Shown here one piece after another: positions 56,444 through 64,000 of a stretch of DNA of 64,000 nt. Location: contig CAVPIB010000007.1 of assembly GCA_963704885.1 (NCBI GenBank), positions 96,001-160,000 on the forward strand, in the 5' to 3' direction. Each line of letters starts with the position of its first letter. The stretch's first letter is position 1. A program made the translations under genes and the position numbers. This stretch comes from an uncultured Actinomycetes bacterium. GTDB lineage: Bacteria; Actinomycetota; UBA4738; HRBIN12. The notes under the pieces were generated by a model that worked only from the letters and a program-made list of their open reading frames with translations, made no database searches and was not told the DNA's origin.

Positions 56444-57998
56444 CGGCAACGTAGGTGGCGTAGGCACAGGCAACGACATCCGGATCTTCGACACGACACT
56501 TCGCGATGGGGAACAGGCGCCCGGGATCGCGCTGACGCGCGCCGAGAAGGTCGAGATCGCCGAACAGCTCGCCCGGCTGAACGTGGACATCCTGGAGGCC
56601 GGGTTCCCGGTCTCCTCGGAGGGCGAGTTCGACGCGGTCTCAGAGATCGCGTCCAGCGTGAAGGGACCGGTGATCGCGGCGCTCGCTCGCACGACCACCG
56701 GCGACATCGAGCGGGCGGCGCAGGCGCTCAAAGGAGCAGAACGCTGGCGGATCCACACGTTCATCTCCACCTCGCAGATCCATATGGAGGACATGCTCCG
56801 CATGTCGCACCGGCAGGTGCTGGATGCCATCCGAGACAACGTCAAGCTCGCGGTCAGCTACACGGACGATGTCGAATTCAGCGCGCAGGATGCCACGCGG
56901 ACCGAGCTCGACTTCCTGCTGGAGTGCTTCAAGGTCGCCGTGGAGTGCGGGGCGACCACCATCAACGTTCCGGACACGGTGGGCTACGCCACGCCGACCG
57001 AGTTCGGCGAGCTGGTTCGGGTCGTCCGTGAGGCGACCCCCGACCACGTCGTGATCTCGACGCACTGCCACAACGACCTGGGGTTAGCCGTGGCGAATTC
57101 GCTGGCTGGGATCGAGAACGGCGCCCGCCAGGTGGAGGTCGCCGTGAACGGGATCGGCGAGCGCGCCGGCAACTGCTCGCTCGAGGAGATCGCGATGATC
57201 GTCCGCACGCGGGGGCAAGCGCTCGGCGTGCAGCACGATCTGAACATCAAGGAGATCGTCCGGACCTCTCGGTTGGTCTCGATGACGACCGGCTATAGCG
57301 TTCAGCCGAACAAGGCTGTCGTCGGCGCCAGCGCTTTCGCGCACGAGAGCGGCATCCACCAGCACGGCGTGCTGAGCAACGCGGCGACCTACGAGATCAT
57401 GGATCCGCTCGAGATCGGGTTGGAGGGGAACCGCCTGGTCCTGGGTAAGCACAGCGGGCGGCACGCTTTCGTCGACGCGTTGGGCAAGATCGGTCTCACG
57501 GTCGACGCGGAACTCGTGGATCGAGCGTTCGCGCGCTTCAAGGACCTGGCCGACCGGAAGATCCAGATCACGGATCAGGACCTGGAGGCCATCGTCGGCG
57601 AGGAGCGAGGCGCCGCAGAGGAGGGCGTTCTCGTGCTCGAGTCGCTCCAGGTGGGCGGGGGGACCCATCTCTCGCCCAGCGCGACCGTCCGGCTCCGGCG
57701 CGGCGAGGAGCTGATCGAGGAGTCCGCGTTCGGCGACGGCATGATCGACGCCGCGTGCGGTGCGATCCAGCGTGCCGCGGGTGTGGAGGCGCGCCTCATC
57801 ATGTTCAACGTGTCGTCGGTGACCGGTGGCTCGGACGCGCTGGGCGACGTGGTCGTCCAGCTCGACGTCGACGGGCGCCGGGTGACGGGTCGCGGCGTGT
57901 CGGTCGACGTGGTAGAGGCGAGCGCCCGCGCGTACCTCGCCGCGATCAACCGGGCGCTCCAGGTGTCCAAGGCGCGGGACGACGAGGTCAGGCCGTGA
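56436..57998 (+). CDS. leuA: 2-isopropylmalate synthase
   Basis: [46 protein letters not shown]-terminal regulatory domain. Confidence 0.95.
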
Positions 57999-59050
57999 CC
58001 TACACGATCGGGGTGATCCCCGGCGATGGGACCGGTCCCGAGGTCGTGCGCGAAGGCCTCAAGATCCTGGAGGCCGTCCGGAGCCTGGAGGGATTCGACG
58101 TCGATCTGGTCGAGTTCGACCTGGGCGGCGAGCGGTACCTGCGTACGGGCGACACGCTTCCCGACGACGAGCTCGCCCGGCTACGCCAGATGGACGCCGT
58201 GTTCCTGGGCGCCGTCGGACACCCGGACGTGAAGCCCGGGATCTTGGAGCGCGACCTGTTGCTGCGGGCGCGGTTCGAACTGGACCAGTACGTCAATCTC
58301 CGGCCGGTGATCCGCTACCCCGGTGTGCCGACGCTGGTGCCCTCGCACACAGAGGACGACGTGAACATGGTGGTCGTCCGCGAGAACAGCGAGGGACTGT
58401 ACAGCGGGGCCGGCGGCTTCCATCGCAAGGGCACGCCGCACGAGGTCGCGGTGCAGGAGTCGATCAACACCAGGCACGGAGTGGAGCGGATCGTACGTTA
58501 CGCGTTCGAGCTGGCTATGCGCCCCGACCGACGCCGCGGGCTCACGCTCGTGCACAAGACCAACGTGCTCACCTTCGCCGGCGACCTGTACCAGCGCGTG
58601 GTGGACGAGGTGTCGGTCGAGTACCCGGACGTAACGACCGACTACGCGCACGTCGATGCGGCGTGTATCTACTTCCTGGATCAGCCGAGCCGCTTCGACG
58701 TGATCGTCACCGACAACATGTTCGGCGACATCATCACCGACCTAGGCGCCATGATCCAAGGAGGCATGGGGATCGCGGCCGGCGGGAACATCAACCCTCA
58801 AGGCGTGAGTATGTTCGAGCCGATCGGCGGGACGGCGCCCGACCACGCAGGGATGGCCACGATCAATCCGCTGGCGGCGATCGGGGCGGTGCGGCTGCTC
58901 CTGGCTCAGCTGGGAGAGGCAGGCGCCGCGGAGCGTGTCGATACCGGGATCCGGTTCGCCACGTCGAAGATGTCCTCGATGCGGGCCGGGGAGATGGGTT
59001 ACTCCACGCCGGAGGTCGGCGACCTGGTGGCTGAGGGGGCGACCGCGTGA
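57995..59050 (+). CDS. leuB: 3-isopropylmalate dehydrogenase (short type)
   Basis: [47 protein letters not shown]. Confidence 0.9.
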   Translation: MTYTIGVIPGDGTGPEVVREGLKILEAVRSLEGFDVDLVEFDLGGERYLRTGDTLPDDELARLRQMDAVFLGAVGHPDVKPGILERDLLLRARFELDQYVNLRPVIRYPGVPTLVPSHTEDDVNMVVVRENSEGLYSGAGGFHRKGTPHEVAVQESINTRHGVERIVRYAFELAMRPDRRRGLTLVHKTNVLTFAGDLYQRVVDEVSVEYPDVTTDYAHVDAACIYFLDQPSRFDVIVTDNMFGDIITDLGAMIQGGMGIAAGGNINPQGVSMFEPIGGTAPDHAGMATINPLAAIGAVRLLLAQLGEAGAAERVDTGIRFATSKMSSMRAGEMGYSTPEVGDLVAEGATA

Positions 59051-60622
59051 AGGTCGAGCTCTACGACACCACATTGCGGGACGGCGCCCAAGGGACCGGG
59101 CTCTCGTTCTCGATCGAGGATCGGTTGCGGATCCTCCACAAGATCGATCAACTCGGCGTGCCGTACATCGAGGGCGGCTGGCCAGGTGCCAACCCGAGGG
59201 ACACCGAGTTCTTCAAGCTGGCGACGAAGGAGACGCTGCAACACTGCGGCGTTGACCTCGTTCGGGATGACCCGCAAGGCGGGGGAACGCGCCGAGGACA
59301 GCGCCGTGCTCCGTGAGCTGCTCGACACCGGCACCGAGGTCGTGTGCCTGGTCGGCAAGTCATGGGACCTTCACGTGATCGAGGCGCTCCGCACGAACCT
59401 CGACGAAGGCGTGGCGATGGTGCGCGACTCGGTGGCCTTCCTGCGCGCGCAGGGGAGGCGTGTGTTCTTCGATGCGGAGCATTTCTTCGATGGATACCGC
59501 AGCGATCCGGTGTTCGCGATGCGGGTGATCGACGCCGCGCAGGAGGCAGGTGCCGAACGGTTGGTGCTCTGCGATACGAACGGGGGGATGCTTCCGTTCG
59601 ACGTGGCTCGGATCGTCGAGGACGTCCGTTCGCAGGTGGAGACACCGCTCGGGATCCACGTCCACAACGACGCCGGGTGCGCGGTAGCCAACTCATTGAT
59701 CGCCGTGGAGCACGGCGTCTTCCAGGTGCAGGGCGTGGTCAACGGGTACGGCGAGCGGACCGGCAACGCCGACCTGATCCCGATCGCCGCCAACCTGGTG
59801 CTGAAGATGGGCGCCGATTGCCTCCCCGAGGGTGCTGTCGAACGGCTGACGGAGGTGGCCCACTACGTCGCCGAGGTCGCGAACGTGACGCCCGATTCGC
59901 ACCAGCCCTACGCAGGCCGCTATGCGTTCACGCACAAGGCCGGGCTGCACGCGAGCGGACTCGCCCGTCTGGAGGAGGCGTACGAGCACGTCCCGCCCGG
60001 GGCGGTCGGTAACCATCGTGGCGTGGTGGCGAGCGACCTCGGCGGCGCAGCCACGCTCCACATGAAGGCCCAGGAGTTCGGTATCGATGTCGCGGACGCC
60101 ACGATCCCTTCCATCCTGAGCGAGCTGAAAGAGCGCGAAGCTCGGGGATATACGTTCGAGGTGGCCGACGCCTCGCTCGAGCTCCTGATGCGCCACGCGA
60201 GCGGCTGGGAGCAGCCGTTCTTCCGGGTCGAGAGCTTCCGGGTGCACGTTGAGCAGCGCATGGATGACGAAGAGCCGGCGCTCGCCGAGGCGACCGTGAA
60301 GGTTGTGACGAACGGGACCCGTCACGTGGAGAGCGCGGAGGGCCAGGGGCCCGTGGGCGCGTTGGACAATGCTTTGCGCAAGGCCCTGTCGAACGAGTAT
60401 CCGCCGCTCGACGACATGACGCTCGAGGACTTCCGGGTCCGTGTGCTGGACGAGACCGTCGGGACGGGCGCCACTGTCCGCGTTCTGATCGACACGTCGA
60501 ACGGCGAGCGCGAATGGACGACTGTTGGAGTCTCCGAGAACATCATCGAGGCCTCCTGGGAGGCTCTCGTGGAGGCCTACCTGTACGGGCTGCTCCATCC
60601 GCGGGAGGATCGCGAGGCGTGA
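59047..60622 (+). CDS. cimA: Citramalate synthase; frameshift near 59243
   Basis: YDTTLRDGAQ, EGGWPGANPRD, FGMTR, GKSWDLHV, FDAEHFFDG, CDTNGG, FTHKAGLH, WTTVGVSENIIEASW. Confidence 0.9.
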
Positions 60623-61134
60623 GCGTCACGATCCGCGCAGCTGCCCCGAATGATGCGCGCGCGATCGCCGAGGTTCACGTGGCGTCTTGGCAGTGGGCCT
60701 ACAAGGACGACCTCCCTGCCTCTGCTCTCCAAGGTCGAACCGTCGATGACCGTGAGCGTCTGTGGATCGAGTGGTTCTCCTCGTGCGAGACGGCCGCGGA
60801 CGTGCTGGTGGCTGAGGAGGAGGGCCGCATCCTCGGCTTCAGCGGGTTCGGCGTCAGCCGCGACTACGGCGCGACCGAGGCGACCGGCGAGATCCGCACC
60901 ATCTACCTCCTAGAGGAGGCGGCGGGAAGGGGTATCGGCCGCGATCTGTTCGCCCGCGCCAACGAGCGACTGCGCGAACTGGGTTATGAGCGCGCGACCC
61001 TTTGGGTGCTTGAGACGAACGAACGAAGTCGTCGCTTCTACGAGAAGGCCGGCTGGATCTGGGACGGGACCACGAGCGCGCATCAGTTCGATTGCGCCAA
61101 CATGCCGATCGTTCGGTACGCGACCGATCTCTAG
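60619..61134 (+). CDS. GNAT N-acetyltransferase
   Basis: IAEVHVASWQWAY, GEIRTIY..GRGIGR, LWVLETNERSRRFYEKAGW. Confidence 0.88.
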   Translation: MSVTIRAAAPNDARAIAEVHVASWQWAYKDDLPASALQGRTVDDRERLWIEWFSSCETAADVLVAEEEGRILGFSGFGVSRDYGATEATGEIRTIYLLEEAAGRGIGRDLFARANERLRELGYERATLWVLETNERSRRFYEKAGWIWDGTTSAHQFDCANMPIVRYATDL

Positions 61135-61136
61135 GA

Positions 61137-62372
61137 TCAGCCGGGGGGCCGGGCGCGCTGGCTCACGAGCGTCACGATGGCGTCCTCGATCTGGACGGCC
61201 TCGTCCTTGCTCAGGCCGGAGGACACGATCGAGAACGACACCCAGTCATCCATCCTGGTGGACCAGACCCATCCCGAGAGGGCGGAGATCTCGGAGAGCG
61301 TGCCCGTCTTCGCGCGAAGGCGGAGGTGTCCGAGCCGTCCCTCGAGCGTTCCCTGTCCGCCCGTGGGCAGCGCGAACCGGAGCTTCGGGGCCCAAGGCCG
61401 CTCCTCGACGGCCCACAGGAGCCGGACCATCCCCTTCGTGGTTATCCGGTTGGCGTAGGAGAGACCCGAGCTGTCATGGTGCTCGAAGCCGGGGGCGCCG
61501 TTCGCCGAGGTGAAGGCATCGATCGCCTCGGCGGCCGCGGCTATGGACCCGGTCCCGGACGCCTCGAATCCCAGGAGCTTGCCCAACACTTCGGCGTCGA
61601 AGTTGATCGAGTCGACGTTCATGCGTCTCGTGATCTGGATGAGTTCGGCCGACGACACGGTCGCGATCTTCAGTAGAGGCGCCTTGGGAGTGCCCATCGA
61701 CGGATCGGCGGTCACTTCGATCCCGCGCCGGCGGAGGGCCTTCGTCAGGTACGAGGCAGCGCGCAGCTCGGGGTCGTCGACGTGTCCACCCAGCGGACCG
61801 ACGTTCCCCCGGTATGTGAGCGCGGTGGGGAACGGGACCTCATCGGCCGTGAAGTAGTTCTTCCAGCCCTTGGCCCACCAATCGCGGGCGAAGGGCCCCG
61901 TGTCGCCGACGACCGAGCCGCCTACCTTCGAGATCCCGGCGTTCTCGACCTCCTCCGCCAAGAGGTCGAGCGTCGTGCGGGTCACCTCTGGATCGCCATG
62001 GCCGACCAACCACAGGTCCGCATCCAAGACGCCGTCCACAGGCTCGATGACCGCCATCGCTCGCGTTGCGATCCGTCGATCTGGATCGAGGGCCGCCAGG
62101 AGGGCCATGGAGAGCAGGAGCTTCTCGTTCGAAGCGGGGATCCGAGGCGCCGTTGCTAGATGCCGGTACCAGAACACTCCGTCGTCGCCGATCGAGACGG
62201 AGACCCGCGCGCTACCTACCAGCGCGTCGATCCGGCGCTGCCACCAGGGCTGCACGGTTCGAGCGGCATCCTGGTCGACGCCATGGACCGCGACCTGGGC
62301 ATCAGCGGGCACTCCGGTCAGGGCCAGCGCGAGGAGGATCGAGCAGGCGGTAACCAGGCGTCGGGCACGCAT
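61137..62372 (-). CDS. dacB: D-alanyl-D-alanine carboxypeptidase/endopeptidase (PBP4, peptidase S13)
   Basis: Signal peptide; PASNEK (SxxK), GHGDP, SIN (SxN), DSSGLS..NR, AKTGTL. Confidence 0.88.
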   Translation of the reverse strand: MRARRLVTACSILLALALTGVPADAQVAVHGVDQDAARTVQPWWQRRIDALVGSARVSVSIGDDGVFWYRHLATAPRIPASNEKLLLSMALLAALDPDRRIATRAMAVIEPVDGVLDADLWLVGHGDPEVTRTTLDLLAEEVENAGISKVGGSVVGDTGPFARDWWAKGWKNYFTADEVPFPTALTYRGNVGPLGGHVDDPELRAASYLTKALRRRGIEVTADPSMGTPKAPLLKIATVSSAELIQITRRMNVDSINFDAEVLGKLLGFEASGTGSIAAAAEAIDAFTSANGAPGFEHHDSSGLSYANRITTKGMVRLLWAVEERPWAPKLRFALPTGGQGTLEGRLGHLRLRAKTGTLSEISALSGWVWSTRMDDWVSFSIVSSGLSKDEAVQIEDAIVTLVSQRARPPG

Positions 62373-62410
62373 GACCGGACGATGGTACGTGGTCGGGAGG
62401 GGCGACACTC

Positions 62411-64000
62411 CTACTGGCCGTGAGCCAGCGCTTCGACTTCGCTCTGCATCTCGAGGCGCTCGGTCAAGAGCGACCTCAGCGCCTCCGCTGTGAGGGGCCG
62501 GGCGAACAGGAACCCTTGTCCCAGGTCGCACTTAAGCTCGATCAATCGCTCGAGCTGGTCCGGACGCTCGATACCTTCGGCTATCGGCTTCAGGTTGAGG
62601 ATGGCCGCGAGCTCGATCATCGCAGCGGTGAGGGCCGAAGATTCTCCGCCGTCACCCACCTCGTCGATGAACGACTTGTCTACCTTCAGGATGTCCACCG
62701 GGAACCGACGCACGTAGTTGAGCGATGAGTAGCCTGTCCCGAAGTCGTCGATCGCGAGCAGAACGCCCAGTTCCTTCAACTGCCGCAGCCGTTCTATCGA
62801 GAGCTCCATATCCTGCATGACCATGCTCTCGGTGATCTCGAGTACGAGCCCTTGCGGCGCTAGACCCGTTTCCTCGAGGCTGGCTCGGACCTCATCGATT
62901 ATCTCCGGCCGCGCCAGCTGGCGGGCCGACAGGTTCACCGCCATGTGGAACGGCGGATCTGCTGGGAACGACCCCTGCAACTCGACCGCGAACCGTGTCG
63001 CCTCCTTCAGCACCCAATGGCCGATGGGCACGATCAGGCCGGTCTCCTCGGCGAGCGGGATGAAATCGAGGGGCTGGACGAGCCCACGTTGGGGATGGTT
63101 CCACCTGATGAGCGCCTCCACTCCGGTGATCCGCCCCGTCTCCAGCTCGATCACGGGTTGGTAGTGAAGGATGAACTCTCGACGCTCCAAGGCGCGCTGC
63201 AGGTCGGCCTTCAGCTCGAGGCGACGCAACGCCGTGTCGTGCATCTCCGGCTCGAAGACCTGATATCGAGCTTTGCCCTTCTCCTTGGCCATGTACATCG
63301 CTACGTCGGCGTTGCGGAGCAGAGTCTCCGCTGCATGTTCGCCGTCGCCGTCGCTCGCGCCCGCCACGGCGATGCCGACGCTCGCGCGCACGAATACCTC
63401 CTTGCCGTCGAGCAGGAACGGTTCGTCGAGCATCTGCATGATCCTGTCCGCCACGTCTGCCGCCTGCACCCCTTCACCGCCGTCCTCCAGCAGGATCGCG
63501 AACTCGTCCCCGCCCAAGCGCGCGGCGGTGTCAGCCGCCCTCAGCGTGTTCCGCAGTCTGTCGCCTACCTGGGCCAGCAGGCCGTCACCGGCGGCATGCC
63601 CCAGCGAATCGTTGATCGTCTTGAAGTCGTCCAGGTCCATGAAGAGCACCGAGAGGGTGTTCTGGCCGCGACCCTGACGCTCGATCGCGTGCAGAACCCG
63701 ATCGTGGAACAGGGCGCGGTTCGCCAGGTTGGTGACCGAGTCGTGGAACGCTTGGCGTTCCAGTTCCGCCTCGAACTGCTTGCGCTCGCTGATGTCTCGG
63801 GTGTTGAGCACGATCCCGTTCACGTTCGGATCGTGTAGGAGATTGGTCCGCAAGGTCTCGGCGAACAAGAAGTTGCCCGCCCGATGCTGGATGCGGAACT
63901 CCATCAGGCCGGTCTTTCCTTCGCCCTCGTCGATCGATGTCAGGAAGGACAGCACGCGAGTCTTGTCGTCCGGGTGGACGAGATCGATGAAACGCGAGCC
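62411..64000 (-). CDS. PAS-GGDEF-EAL c-di-GMP signalling protein; 5'-partial
   Basis: VHPDD PAS, DLDDFK.IND.LGH, RLGGDEF, YQP..VEALIRW, IDDFGTGYSSL, LKVDKSF. Confidence 0.93.
   Translation of the reverse strand, partial: GSRFIDLVHPDDKTRVLSFLTSIDEGEGKTGLMEFRIQHRAGNFLFAETLRTNLLHDPNVNGIVLNTRDISERKQFEAELERQAFHDSVTNLANRALFHDRVLHAIERQGRGQNTLSVLFMDLDDFKTINDSLGHAAGDGLLAQVGDRLRNTLRAADTAARLGGDEFAILLEDGGEGVQAADVADRIMQMLDEPFLLDGKEVFVRASVGIAVAGASDGDGEHAAETLLRNADVAMYMAKEKGKARYQVFEPEMHDTALRRLELKADLQRALERREFILHYQPVIELETGRITGVEALIRWNHPQRGLVQPLDFIPLAEETGLIVPIGHWVLKEATRFAVELQGSFPADPPFHMAVNLSARQLARPEIIDEVRASLEETGLAPQGLVLEITESMVMQDMELSIERLRQLKELGVLLAIDDFGTGYSSLNYVRRFPVDILKVDKSFIDEVGDGGESSALTAAMIELAAILNLKPIAEGIERPDQLERLIELKCDLGQGFLFARPLTAEALRSLLTERLEMQSEVEALAHGQ

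Noticed and set aside
59047-60622. Programmed frameshifting in cimA, the Rieske gene, the acyl-CoA ligase or the lipoprotein
   Set aside because: No slippery heptamers were seen, and indels are scattered across unrelated genes, so sequencing error is more parsimonious

Overview
High-GC (about 70%), densely coding window that looks actinobacterial: leaderless TAnnnT promoters, short-type LeuB, and an ilvB leader attenuator. Scattered single-base frameshifts, densest at 1-2900, suggest an unpolished long-read assembly. Contents in order: (i) sarcosine-oxidase-like alpha-gamma-beta genes, IclR, a PLP enzyme and an acyl-CoA dehydrogenase; (ii) a GT4/(alpha/alpha)-barrel/two-GH130 glycoside cluster behind a long structured leader; (iii) mixed amine and organic-acid catabolism genes (MmsA, Rieske oxygenase, arginase-like, nucleoside hydrolase/ribokinase, BetI-like TetR, PYROXD2-like oxidoreductase, ADP-forming acyl-CoA ligase, amidase, ABC exporter, FNT channel); (iv) ilvD-thrC followed by gene remnants; (v) a 13-kb locus of unassigned function at 36844-50194: DeoR, Pol-beta-like nucleotidyltransferase, metallophosphoesterase, APC permease, two convergent GcvT-flavoprotein + choline-kinase-like pairs, a histidine phosphatase and a glutamate-cysteine-ligase-like gene, which is the best candidate for an undescribed pathway; (vi) an attenuated orfX-ilvBNC-leuA-leuB-cimA operon; (vii) dacB and a partial PAS-GGDEF-EAL gene. 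A 19-bp palindrome, CTAGTCTG-AGW-CAGACTAG, occurs twice, 32 kb apart. I saw no rRNA, tRNA, CRISPR array or transposase. All product calls come from reading motifs by eye; no database search was run.
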